Source: an uncultured Verrucomicrobiae bacterium
GTDB lineage: Bacteria; Verrucomicrobiota; Verrucomicrobiia; Chthoniobacterales; Chthoniobacteraceae
Direction of reading: 5' to 3'
NCBI GenBank assembly: GCA_963769025.1
Contig: CAVYKI010000002.1
Span: 288,001-352,000 of the forward strand
DNA: 64,000 bases
The notes beneath the pieces were generated by a model, which saw nothing but the letters and a program-made list of their open reading frames with translations, was not told the origin of the DNA and made no database searches. Positions 39,827 to 49,911 of this stretch are shown piece by piece. Numbering within the stretch: position 1 is the stretch's first letter; every line of letters begins with the position of its first letter. The translations under genes were made by a program, and so were the position numbers.

Positions 39827-42559
39827 ATGCAATCCATGAAATGCAGATTCTCCGCAGCGGCTCGGCGTGCGGCGAGCATGCTGCCGCGGATCGCGCTGGG
39901 CCTCATGCTCTGCTCCGGTGGCGTTTCGGCTTCGTTTGCGGAGGTGATCGTTGGCGGGATCGCGTCCAACCGGCTCGATCCGGAGCTGAAGGGGCTGGTG
40001 CTGATCGAGGAGTTGAATTGCGCGGCCTGTCACGCGGGCGACGTGTCGTTGGCGGCACGATCGAAGAAGGCGCCGCGGCTCGCTGATGTCGGCTCGCGCG
40101 TGAATCCGAACTACCTGGAGGCATTCATCCGCGATCCGCACGGGACCAAGCCCGGCACGACGATGCCGGACGTGCTGACGCAGTTGGGCGCGGAGGAAAA
40201 GCGACAGGCGGCGACGGAACTCACGCACTTTTTGTCATCGCTGAAGAAAAATGACTTTGCATTGCAGCCGCCCGATGCGGTGGCTGCTCGGCACGGGAAG
40301 GACCTTTTCCATTCGCGCGGATGCGCGGCATGTCATTCGCCGCGCGATGAGAAAGGGACTGAGTTGCTCCTGAAGACTTCCGTGCCGCTGGGTGCGCTGG
40401 AGAAGAAGTATAGCTTCAGGAGTCTCGTGGATTTTCTGCGTCAGCCGCACGTGAGCCGGCCGTCTGGACGCATGCCCGACATGCGTCTCCCAGGGCAGGA
40501 TATTGAGCGCATCGCGCATTACTTGCTCCAGGATACGCGAGTGCCGGGGGCGCTTTCGTACACGCTGTATCGCGGGCAGGTGTGGGAAGGATTGGAAAGC
40601 GACAAGGTGACTGCGGAGCGTGCGGGGCATGTGAAGGATTTCGAACTGGGGAGCCTGGGCAAGCCGCAGCAACACACGGCAGTCCGATACGAGGGCTGGA
40701 TGAACATCGCCAACAAGGGGCGCTACACGTTCTTTCTGACAATGAATGGCGGCTCGCTGTTCGTGGATGGAAAGCCAATCATCGAGCAGGAGCCGAGCGA
40801 CCGGCGCGGGCCGAAGCAACTGGAGGGCGCGGCGGAACTCGACGCGGGCTGGCGCAAGATTCAGCTCACGTATTCCCACACGGGGCGCGAAGCGAAGTTT
40901 TCCTTCGAGATGCAGGGCCCGCAGTTTCCGCGCGGGCCGATTCCGTCGTCGTTGCTGTCTGTCTCGAACGAAGCGATTCCGGCCTTTGAACCGCTCAACG
41001 TGGATGCCGAACTTGCGTCGCGTGGACGGGAGCAGTTTGGAAAACTCGGCTGCGCGAACTGCCATGACGACCTTCGCGTTCCTTCCAAATTCAGCATCGC
41101 CTTTGCGAAGCTCGATCCGGGCCGCGGATGCCTCAGCGATGCCGCAGGTGCGTGGCCGCGCTTCGATCTCAGTGAGCTGCAGCGCGGATGGATCACCAAG
41201 GCGCTGCCGCACGCGGAAAAGCCGCAGCTCGACGACAGCCAGCAGATCAACAAAACGCTCGTCACCTTCAACTGCATCGCCTGTCACGAGCGCACCGGGC
41301 TCGGCGGGATCGCTCCGGAGCGCAATGCGCTCTTCACCGGGACGCAGCCTGCGCTCGGCGATCAGGGCCGGCTGCCTCCGCCGCTTTCCCACGTCGGCGC
41401 GAAGCTGAAACCCGAATGGCTCGCCGAGGTGCTGCTGAACGGGAAGCGTCAGCGCGATTACCTCGACGCTGCGATGCCGCAGTTTGGCGAGGCGAACGTC
41501 GGGCATCTCGTGGAGCTGTTTGGGAAGGTGGACAAATTGGAAACGGTCGTGCTGCCGAAGGTCGGCAACATTCAGGAGTCCAAGAGCGCCGGTTACGAGA
41601 TGGTGGGAGCGGGCGGGCTGAGCTGCATCGCATGCCATGAATTCAATGGGCAGAAATCGGGCGAAGTCGCCGCGCTCGACATCGCGCGCGTGCCGGAGCG
41701 GCTGAAGAAAAACTGGTTTGCGCTCTACATGCGGCAGCCGTCGCGTTTCCACCCGACGGTGATCATGCCGAGCTACTGGCCGGATGGGATTTCCACCCGC
41801 CCGAACATTCTCAGCGGCGACACCGCGCAGCAGATCGAGGCGCTGTGGACTTATCTCGAGGATGGAACGCGCGCGAAGAAACCGGCCGGCCTGGGCCGGC
41901 AGTCGAACGAGTTGCGCGTGGGCGATGTCGCGGAGATCTGCCGCGGGCGGGGGACCGCCGGATTTCGCGGCATCGGCGTGGGTTATCCGGAGCGCATCAA
42001 CCTGGCTTTTGACTCGGAGGAAATGGCGTTGCGCCAGCTTTGGAAGGGCGACTTTGCCAATGTGGACGCGGGTTCTTTTCGTCCCCGGGGCACGGACGCG
42101 ATTTCATTCCCGCCCGGCATTCCTTTTCACCGTCTGAAATCCCTCGACGACCACTGGCCCTACAAGGGGAAGACCAACCATCTTTTCCCGCAGGACCACG
42201 GCTACGAATTCCGCGGCTATCATCTGGATGCGAAGCGTCGGCCCACATTCCTTTACCGCTACGGCGACATCGCGGTGGAGGATTTCTTCGAGGACGCGCG
42301 CGACGAGGACGGCAGGGCGTACTTCAAGCGGACGTTTCGTTTCGACGCTCCCGCGGAGCAAACGCCCTTCCATTTCCGCGCAGCCGCGGGAAAGAAAATC
42401 ACCACGCGATCCGACCGGAGCTTCGGCATTGATAGGCTCGAACTGCGCATCACCAGCGACCACAAGGGCATCGTGCGCGAGGGCGAACCCGGCGAGGTGT
42501 TAATCCCGCTCACGCTGCCCAAAGGCCGCTCCACTCTCACCTTGGAATACCAATGGTAA
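39827..42559 (+). CDS. Multihaem c-type cytochrome with a PA14-like domain
   Basis: Five CxxCH motifs (CAACH x2, CANCH, CIACH x2), most followed by MP axial-ligand motifs. Start uncertain (39827, 39836 or 39878). Confidence 0.85.
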   Translation: MQSMKCRFSAAARRAASMLPRIALGLMLCSGGVSASFAEVIVGGIASNRLDPELKGLVLIEELNCAACHAGDVSLAARSKKAPRLADVGSRVNPNYLEAFIRDPHGTKPGTTMPDVLTQLGAEEKRQAATELTHFLSSLKKNDFALQPPDAVAARHGKDLFHSRGCAACHSPRDEKGTELLLKTSVPLGALEKKYSFRSLVDFLRQPHVSRPSGRMPDMRLPGQDIERIAHYLLQDTRVPGALSYTLYRGQVWEGLESDKVTAERAGHVKDFELGSLGKPQQHTAVRYEGWMNIANKGRYTFFLTMNGGSLFVDGKPIIEQEPSDRRGPKQLEGAAELDAGWRKIQLTYSHTGREAKFSFEMQGPQFPRGPIPSSLLSVSNEAIPAFEPLNVDAELASRGREQFGKLGCANCHDDLRVPSKFSIAFAKLDPGRGCLSDAAGAWPRFDLSELQRGWITKALPHAEKPQLDDSQQINKTLVTFNCIACHERTGLGGIAPERNALFTGTQPALGDQGRLPPPLSHVGAKLKPEWLAEVLLNGKRQRDYLDAAMPQFGEANVGHLVELFGKVDKLETVVLPKVGNIQESKSAGYEMVGAGGLSCIACHEFNGQKSGEVAALDIARVPERLKKNWFALYMRQPSRFHPTVIMPSYWPDGISTRPNILSGDTAQQIEALWTYLEDGTRAKKPAGLGRQSNELRVGDVAEICRGRGTAGFRGIGVGYPERINLAFDSEEMALRQLWKGDFANVDAGSFRPRGTDAISFPPGIPFHRLKSLDDHWPYKGKTNHLFPQDHGYEFRGYHLDAKRRPTFLYRYGDIAVEDFFEDARDEDGRAYFKRTFRFDAPAEQTPFHFRAAAGKKITTRSDRSFGIDRLELRITSDHKGIVREGEPGEVLIPLTLPKGRSTLTLEYQW

Positions 42560-44044
42560 GCGCGCGAAACATCGTGGCCTTTGCGATCCTTGGGCTCAGC
42601 CCGTTCCTGCGCGCCGAGGAAGACCTCGGCGCCATGTGGGGCACCGCTGCGGAGGAGGCGAAGTACTATCCCATCGTCAACATCCCGATTCCGCCCGGAG
42701 TGCCGATGCGGCCCGGCAGTTTTGAAATATTGCCGGACGGCCGGCTCGCGGCGGGCACGCGGCGCGGCGACATCTATTTCATCAAGGGCGCATTCGATTC
42801 GCCGCCAGCGCCCGAGTATCACCTCTTCGCGAGCGGGCAGGATGAAATCTTCGCGCTCTCGTGGAAGGACGGCGCGATGACGGCGACGACGTGGGGAGAA
42901 GTCACCCGCATCTCGGACACGGACGGCGATGAGGTCGCCGACCGGTACGACACGCTGACGAACGAATGGGGCTACGCCGAGGGCCACGAGTTTGCCTTCG
43001 GTTCCAAGCCCGATCCCGAGGGCAACATCTGGGTCGCGCTCGGTCTCAGCGGCTCGTACGAGTCGCACAATCTTTTCCGCGGCTGGGCGGTGAAGGTGAC
43101 GCCGGATGGAAAGATGATCCCCGTCTGCAGCGGACTGCGCAGCCCCGGTGGAGTGGGCGCAAATGCGCAGGGCGCGATGTTTGTCACCGAAAGCCAGGGG
43201 CCGTGGAATGGCTGCTGTTCGCTGAAGCATCTCAAGCCCGGCGCGTTTCTCGGCCATCCCGCGAGTTACAATTGGTATCCCTTTTCCGGCACGAAAGCGC
43301 CGCAGGTGACGCCGAACACGAACTCGCGCATGGGCGTGGAGAAGAAGCGCGTGAAGGAGCTGGTGCCGCCGGCGGTGAAGTTCCCGTACATCAAAATGGG
43401 CCGTTCGATCTCCGGCTTCCGGCTCGACAACACCGGCGGAAAATTCGGGCCGTTCGGCGGTCAGCTTTTCCTCGGCGACTACACGCAGAGCATCATCATG
43501 CGCGCGACGACCGAGCAGGTGAACGGCGTGTGGCAGGGCGCGTGTTATCCATTTCGCGAAGGACTCGCCACCGGGATCATGAACGTGGAATTTTCACCCG
43601 ACGGGCCAGCTCATCGCCGGAGGCTTCACCACGAGCCGTCAGTGGCCGGTGCGCGGGACAGAGCCGTTTGCCATCCAGCGCATCGACTGGAATGGCGTCG
43701 TACCCTTCGAGATCAAGGAGATCAACATTCGGAAGGACGGCTTTCGCATCACCTTCACCAAACCCGTGGACAGGCAGCTCGCCGCGCGGACCGATGCCTA
43801 CAACATCACCACCTACACGCACATCTACCACGCCGGCTACGGCAGCCCCGAGGTGGACCAGACGACGCCGCGCGTGACCGCGGCGGTCCCCGCGGCAGAC
43901 GGACTTTCGGTGATGGTGCATTTGGATCGCATCACGGAAGACCACATCCACGACTTCGACCTCGCGAAGATCCAATCGCAGGACGGCAAACATCTCCTCC
44001 ACACCAAGGCTTATTACACCGTGAACGAAATCCCCCGAGAGTAG
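42553..44044 (+). CDS. Sorbosone/PQQ-dehydrogenase-like beta-propeller protein; frameshift near 43605
   Basis: ISDTDGDEVAD; HEFAFG; SGLRSPGG; FGPFGGQLFLGD; WQGACYPF; AYYTVNEIP. Overlaps the cytochrome stop. Confidence 0.78.
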
Positions 44045-44102
44045 CCCGCGACCTGTCGCCGATTCATTCGCAAATTTCCCCGCCACTTTTTATCCACTCA
44101 AA

Positions 44103-44838
44103 ATGAAAACCCTCATCGTCCCGCTGCTCATGCTGCTTTGCCTTCACGCTTTCGCGGCGGAAAAGACGCCGCTGCCCACTGCCCACACGACCCGGAACAT
44201 CGAAGGATGGAACATCCGCGTGGATGACCGCCTCTTGCGCGGCGAAGGCACGGCGGTCGGCGAGCGTGCGCTGAAGCTGCTCGCGGCGCGGCTGGTCGCC
44301 ATCGCCATCATCGTGCCGGAGCCGGCACTCGCGAAGCTGCGCGCCATCACCATCCAGCTCGATCAGGACTACGGCGACCTGCGCGCGATGCAGTATCACC
44401 CGAGCGCCGGATGGCTGAAGGGAAAAGGATACAGCGAGCATCTCGCGAAGTGCGCCCACATCCCCGACGCGGAGCAGTTTCTCTCGCCATTTGAAAACCA
44501 CCGCATGCCGTGGGTCGTGCTGCACGAGCTTGCGCATGCCTTTCACGACCAGACGATCGGCTTCGACGACCCGCGCGTGATCGCCGTGTGGAAGAAGTTT
44601 TGCGACAGCGGGAAATACCAATCCGTCCTCACCAGCCCCGGCCACATGCGCGAGCATTACGGGCTGACGAACCAGAAGGAGTTCTTCGCCGAGATGACCG
44701 AGGCGTACTTCGGCTCGAATGACTTCTACCCGTTCGTCACCGGCGAACTGAAGCAGGCCGAGCCGGAGACCTTCGCCCTCCTCGCAGAAATCTGGGGCCC
44801 GCTGCCCGAGCCGCTCCAAACCGTCGTCAAAACCGTGA
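44103..44838 (+). CDS. Secreted zinc metallopeptidase (HExxH...E); stop probably TGA at 44836-44838, missed because of an indel
   Basis: Signal peptide; VVLHELAHAFH; YGLTNQKEFFAEMTEAYF; ends near EIWGP. Confidence 0.75.
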
Positions 44839-44993
44839 AACACATCCCGGCCCTCCCCGCCGCTTCCGCATTTGCGTGGATGGGTGTGGCGCATGCGGAG
44901 GCAATGCGCTTGGCGCAAATTGCGAGGCATGCGCTTTGTCGTTTGCAGCGGATGTGCGTCCTCCGCGTGAATCCTGAACCTCAAAACCTCCCC

Positions 44994-46476
44994 ATGAAAC
45001 AACCCGCCTCTCCGATCACCCGCCGCGCGTTTGTCGCGCAGTCCACCGGCGTCCTTGCCGCAGCCGCCTGGATGCCGGAACTTGTCGCGCACGCTGCGGA
45101 CGCCGGTGGCGCACTCCATCAGGCGATGGGCACGCGCGCGGGAGAAGTGACCGACCGCAGTGCGATCGTGTGGACGCGGTTCACGGCGGCAGCCGTGCGA
45201 AATAACGCAGGCAAGGTGATTCCCGGGCGGGTGAAGGGCGCGAAGAAGGACAAGCCCGCTGAAGTGAGCGTCCCCGTGGAGCAACTGGAGGGCGCGTGCC
45301 CCGGTGCTCCGGGCCGCGTGCGTCTGCGATATGGGACCAAGGCGGATCTGAGCGATGCCCTGACCACGGACTGGGCCGAGGTCACGGAGGAGACAGACTT
45401 CACGCACCACTTTGCATTGACCGGTCTGAAGCCCGGCACTGCCTATCACTATGAGAGCGAGACTGCGGGCGCGGATGGCAAATCGCAAGGGAGCTTCCGC
45501 GGCGAGTTCCGCACGGCGCCGGCGGCGGATGTCCCGGGTGATTTTCAGTTTTGCGTGATGACCTGCCAGGGCTATCCCGACCGCGGGCATCCCGATGGGC
45601 ACGCGATTTATCTCTCGATGCTAGCGCTAAAGCCGTCGTTCGCCTGCCTCACGGGCGATCTTGTCTATTATGATAACGATGAGCCGCGCGCCACTTCGCC
45701 CGCGCTGGCGCGCTATCATTGGCAGCGCATGTTCAGCCTGCCGCGCCTCGTGGAGTTCAACCGCCACGTCGGCACCTATTGGCTGAAGGACGACCACGAC
45801 ACGCTGAACAACGACTCGTGGGCCGGGGCGAAGATGGGCACGCTCACTTTTGCCGAGGGCCAGCGCATTTTCCGCCAGCAGGCGCCGATGGGGGAGGGGC
45901 CCGGCTACCGCACCTTCCGCTGGGGGCGCGATCTGCAGATATGGCTCACCGAAGGCCGTGACTTCCGCTCGCCTAACAAGATGCCCGACGGCCCGGACAA
46001 GACCATCTGGGGCAGCGGAGCAGAAGGAGTGGTTCCGGCGCACGGTGAAGGAGAGCGACGCGACGTGGAAGGTGCTCGTCAGCCCCACGCCGCTCGTCGG
46101 CCCCGACCGCGGGGGCAAGAACGACAACCACAGCAACGAAGGATTCCGCCACGAGGGCGACGAACTTCGCGCGTGGCTGAAGGCGAATGTCCCGGACAAT
46201 TTCTTCGTCATCTGCGGCGACCGCCACTGGCAATACCACTCCGTGCATCCTACGTCGGGCCTGCACGAGTTCAGCGTCGGCGCGGCGAGCGACCAGCACG
46301 CCGGCGGCACTCCCGGCGAGGATCCGCGCTATCACCGCTTCCATCGTGTCAAAGGCGGCTTCCTCTCGGTGAATTTCAGGCGCGACGGCCGCAGGAGCGC
46401 GATCCTTTTCCAGCACCGCGATGTGGATGGGAGCGTGGTCTATGAATGGACCGCGCAGCGCGAGGCGAAAGCGTGA
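44994..46476 (+). CDS. phoD: Alkaline phosphatase D family metallophosphatase, Tat-exported; frameshift near 46012
   Basis: ITRRAFV Tat motif; GEVTDRSAIVWTR; GDLVYYD; KDDHD; CGDRH. Confidence 0.82.
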
Positions 46477-46530
46477 TGGATTGTTCGCCGGTGGGAAGCG
46501 CGACGTTGTTCGTCCTGCCCGCCGCGTGGG

Positions 46531-46579
46531 GGAAGATGGAAGATGGAAGATGGAAGATGGAAGATGGAAGATGGAAGAT
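46531..46579 (+). repeat. Perfect heptamer tandem array (GGAAGAT)x7; a degenerate block follows at 46670-46690
   Basis: Read directly; the second block is TGAAAAT GGAGGAT GGAAAAC. Confidence 0.95.
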
Positions 46580-46736
46580 GGAGGCCGCATTCCTGTTCGC
46601 CTGACGGGGGCGCTTGATGGGGCGGGGAGGGGAGTGGAGTGTCGCAGAGTCGGCTCAGCTTGGCGTGGGTGAAAATGGAGGATGGAAAACGACAAGTGCA
46701 CCCGGCACGATGCGCGGCCTCACCGAACAAACTGCA

Positions 46737-47270
46737 ATGGCCAAGTACGAACGCTTTGAAGACCTCCCCGTGTGGCAGGAGGCCGCGAGACTGTATGATA
46801 CCGTCCTCGATTTGATCGAAACCACCCCGGCTCCATTCTCCCCCGGATTTCGCAACCAGCTCGACCGCGCGGCACTCTCCGTGTCGAATAACATCGCCGA
46901 GGGCTTCGAGCGCACCACCACCGCCGAACTCCTCGCCTATATCGGCATCGCCCGCGGCTCCGCCGGTGAAGTCCGCTCCATGATGGCCGTCATCCGCGAC
47001 CGCCCCAGCCTGCGAAAGCACACCGCCGCACTCGACCGCATCCGCGCGCTCGCCGAATCCTGTTCCCGCCAGCTCACCGGCTGGGCCGGCGCCGTCGAGC
47101 GCCTTCCTTTCGAGGGGAAACGGCGCATGCCTGAGAAAGTGAAACACCAGCGGGAAGCCGAAAAGAAGGCCGACGACTTCCGCCTCCTCTTCCTCAGAAC
47201 CCTCAAGCCCACGCACCCCCTCTACAACACCCCCGAAGCCAAGTCCGCCCGCGAATCCCCCGAAGCCTAA
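46737..47270 (+). CDS. Four helix bundle protein (23S rRNA IVP / TIGR02436 family) with C-terminal extension
   Basis: MAKYERFEDLPVWQEA...NQLDRAALSVSNNIAEGFER...YIGIARGSAGEVRS. Confidence 0.93.
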   Translation: MAKYERFEDLPVWQEAARLYDTVLDLIETTPAPFSPGFRNQLDRAALSVSNNIAEGFERTTTAELLAYIGIARGSAGEVRSMMAVIRDRPSLRKHTAALDRIRALAESCSRQLTGWAGAVERLPFEGKRRMPEKVKHQREAEKKADDFRLLFLRTLKPTHPLYNTPEAKSARESPEA

Positions 47271-47281
47271 CTCCCGCGCTC

Positions 47282-47308
47282 TTTTCCATTTTCCATCTTC
47301 CATCTTCC
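47282..47308 (-). repeat. Inverted copy of the heptamer array (ATCTTCC-type units) downstream of the four helix bundle gene
   Basis: TTTTCC ATTTTCC ATCTTCC ATCTTCC; reverse complement is GGAAGAT GGAAGAT GGAAAAT GGAAAA. Confidence 0.88.
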
Positions 47309-47309
47309 G

Positions 47310-48155
47310 ATGCTCCGTCCCCGCAAAAAGTACACCGTCTCCGACCTCCAGCAGCTCAAGGGCAAACGCGTCCTCACCCACATCCACGTGAAATCCCCCG
47401 AGGAAGCCGCCGCCGCCGAAGCAGGCCGGCGTGGATCTGATGAGCTGCAGCTTCGACAGCCCGGAGGCGCAGTCCCGCCTGCCCGCGCTCGTCGCCGCCG
47501 CGCCGCACAGCTTCCTCTCCGCCGCCACGCCGCACGGCCTCGCTTCGCCGGAGGAAGCGATCCGCGTCGCCTTCCGCGCGCTCGAGCTCGGCGCCAGCTC
47601 CGTCTATTGCTCCGCCAGCCCATTCATCATCGAGGCCATGGCGCGCGAAGCGCATCCCCGTCGTCGGCCATCTCGGCCTGGTCCCGCGCCACGTCACGTG
47701 GACCGGCTACCGCGCCATCGGCCGCACCGTCGAGGAAGCCACGCGAGCTTCACCGCCGCATGAAGGAACTCGAAAACGCCGGCGCCTACGCCGCGGAACT
47801 CGAAGTCGTCCCGCACAACCTCGCCCGCTTCCTCTCCTCGCAGACGAAGATGCTCCTCATGTCCCTCGGCTCCGGCCCCGGCTGCGACACCCAGTTCCTC
47901 TTCTCCGACGACATCCTCGGCGACTACGACGAACGCCCCCCGCGCCACGCCAAGGCCTACCGCAACTTCGCCGCCGAGCACCGCCGCCTCCAGGACGAGC
48001 GCATCGCCGCCTTCCGCGAATACATCGCCGACGTGCAGGACGGCCGCTTCCCCGAGCGCAGCCATCTCGTGGAAATGGACGCCCCGCTCCTCGACGAAGT
48101 CGCCCGCACCATCGCCGCACCCCCGCCGAACTCCACGCCACCCTCCGCGCATTAG
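47310..48155 (+). CDS. PanB-like (ketopantoate hydroxymethyltransferase family) protein; frameshifts near 47425, 47650, 47742
   Basis: Reconstructed: AEAAGVDL...IPVVGHLGLVP...LENAGAYAAELEVVP...SLGSGPGCD...DILG...YIADVQDGRFP. The canonical LVGDS motif is absent. Confidence 0.78.
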   Translation: MLRPRKKYTVSDLQQLKGKRVLTHIHVKSPEEAAAAEAGRRGSDELQLRQPGGAVPPARARRRRAAQLPLRRHAARPRFAGGSDPRRLPRARARRQLRLLLRQPIHHRGHGARSASPSSAISAWSRATSRGPATAPSAAPSRKPRELHRRMKELENAGAYAAELEVVPHNLARFLSSQTKMLLMSLGSGPGCDTQFLFSDDILGDYDERPPRHAKAYRNFAAEHRRLQDERIAAFREYIADVQDGRFPERSHLVEMDAPLLDEVARTIAAPPPNSTPPSAH

Positions 48156-48187
48156 CCATCCGGTTAGCCATCGGCCCGCCCGTCCCC

Positions 48188-48324
48188 CCTTGGACTGCGG
48201 CAGCTGGCTGCCGCTCTGCGGTTGGCGAGCCTCGGCGAGCGCGGCAGGCCGTCGCATCCAAAAACACCCGCCGCGCTCGGCAAGCCTCGCGCCTAAAGCG
48301 GAGGCAAGCCTCCGCACTCCAAGG
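48188..48324. repeat. Inverted pair of REP-like palindromes (REPIN-like) between convergent genes
   Basis: Left CCTTGGACTGCGGCAGCTGGCTGCCGCTCT; reverse complement of right CCTTGGAGTGCGGAGGCTTGCCTCCGCTTT. Each arm has its own hairpin. Confidence 0.75.
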
Positions 48325-48467
48325 CTCCCTCCGTCACCCCGTCACTCTGCTCCGCCAGCCCCACAAGAACATCCTTCCGGAAAACCCCGCCCACTGCTTC
48401 CATCCCGGCGACGCACCGCCATCCATGATGAATGGCCTTCGGCTAATGTGTCCGCGCCCGAAAGCCG

Positions 48468-49034
48468 TCACCGCGGGATGCTCAGCTGCTTCTCCTTAGC
48501 CCCGTCCGCCGGCTCCCATACGCAGTCCATCAGCGGAATCCTCCGGAGAAACTCCGCCGCCACCCGCGACTCCTCCTTCGCCTGCTCCCGCGGCCGCATC
48601 CCCTGGTTCGCCGCCGCCATGCCCGCCCCGTGCGCATGCGCGATCTCCCCGCCAAACCACGCCTGAAAGAAAGTCAGCGCCATCATCAGCAGCGCCGCCG
48701 AGAGATACCCCAGCCCCGGCGCATCCAGCTTCCTGCGCAGCGCCCCCCGCCACAGCGCCATGAAGCCGATCCCCGCAAATACCACCCAGCCCATTTTCAT
48801 GTGCAACTGCACCATCGCCTGCGACTCCACCGACAGCGACGCCCGCCCCATGTCCCAATACCCCGCCGCCACCGTCAGCACCCCGCCCACTGCCGCCCCC
48901 GCGATCGCCCACGCCCCCGCCGCCCGCGCCGAATGGCTGTCCCGCAAATACCCCACCGCCTCCGCGATGAACGCCAGCGCCATCAGCGCGATCGGAAAAT
49001 GCACCAGCGCTGGATGAATCGGAGTCATGACCAT
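48468..49034 (-). CDS. DUF2231 membrane protein
   Basis: IHPALVHFPIAL, about four TM segments, conserved His, GGEIAHAHGAG. Confidence 0.85.
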   Translation of the reverse strand: MVMTPIHPALVHFPIALMALAFIAEAVGYLRDSHSARAAGAWAIAGAAVGGVLTVAAGYWDMGRASLSVESQAMVQLHMKMGWVVFAGIGFMALWRGALRRKLDAPGLGYLSAALLMMALTFFQAWFGGEIAHAHGAGMAAANQGMRPREQAKEESRVAAEFLRRIPLMDCVWEPADGAKEKQLSIPR

Positions 49035-49411
49035 TTGCCCCTCACATCGCCCCTCCGCCCCCCGCCGGACGCCTCGTTTCACCTCCTCACCTCACGTCGC
49101 CCCAATGAACTAATTCATGTTCGGTTCCCCCGCTGGCTGGCTCGCCATCGAAAGTGGCGAGTCATGCTCCATCACGACCACCTTCGGTGCAGCACCACCC
49201 CCGAAACCCACCGTGGCAGGATTTAATCCCCCCCGCCGCAAGTCCGGAGCCCCACTGAACCACGATTCTTATTTGATATGAACAAAAAAACCAAAAAGAG
49301 CCCGGCCGCGCCGGAGCACGGCGGCCCGACCCGGTAAAGGTAAAATCAGGTTCCTTGCAGTTCAGGGAGAGTTTTCACGACCACACCGCAAAGCGCCCGC
49401 GAACAGTCTGT

Positions 49412-49552
49412 ATGCTCTATACAATCGCCCTCATTCTCGTGGTGCTCTGGCTCATCGGCTGGCTCGGCTTTAACCTCCTCGGAGGCTTCATCCACATCCT
49501 CGTCGTCCTCGCCATCATCTCCATCGTCATGGCGCTGGTGAAGAAGGCCTGA
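49412..49552 (+). CDS. lmo0937-family small membrane protein
   Basis: MLYTIALILVVLWLIGWLGFNLLGGFIHILVVLAIISIVMALVKKA. Confidence 0.88.
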   Translation: MLYTIALILVVLWLIGWLGFNLLGGFIHILVVLAIISIVMALVKKA

Positions 49553-49638
49553 CCCTTCCCGGCGCGCAAAACGCCCACGCCCGCCCTCCCACGGGAGCCA
49601 GCAGCGAAGCGGTCTCATCTCCCCACACCGCACCCCGG

Positions 49639-49911
49639 AACGAAGCCTGCATCGCCCGGAAGGAAGACTGCATTCGGGAAAAGAAAGACAGAATTCCGGA
49701 AAAGCAAGACTGCATCGCCCGAAAGCAAGACTGCATCGCTGAAAAGGAAGACAGAATCCCAGGAAAGGAAGACTGCATTCGGCAAAAGGAAGACAGAAAC
49801 GCGGAGAAGTAAGACTGCTTTCCCCAAAAGTAAGACTGAATCCGCGGGAAGTAAGACTGCTTTTCCCAAAAGTAAGACTGCTTTTGGCAAAAGTAAGACA
49901 GAAAACGACAT
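49639..49911. repeat. Tandem array of 13 x 21-bp units: conserved AAGNAAGACWGM plus 9 variable nt
   Basis: Units start at 49639, 49660, 49681 ... 49891 with exact 21-bp spacing and no indels; the first unit is degenerate. Confidence 0.95.

Noticed and set aside
44103..46445. 780-aa metallopeptidase-PhoD fusion ORF
   Set aside because: An internal Met with a Tat signal at 44994, a non-protein-like linker and an off-frame TGA at 44836 indicate two genes joined by an indel.
49639..49911. CRISPR array
   Set aside because: Constant part is only about 12 nt, variable part 9 nt and related between units; no cas genes.
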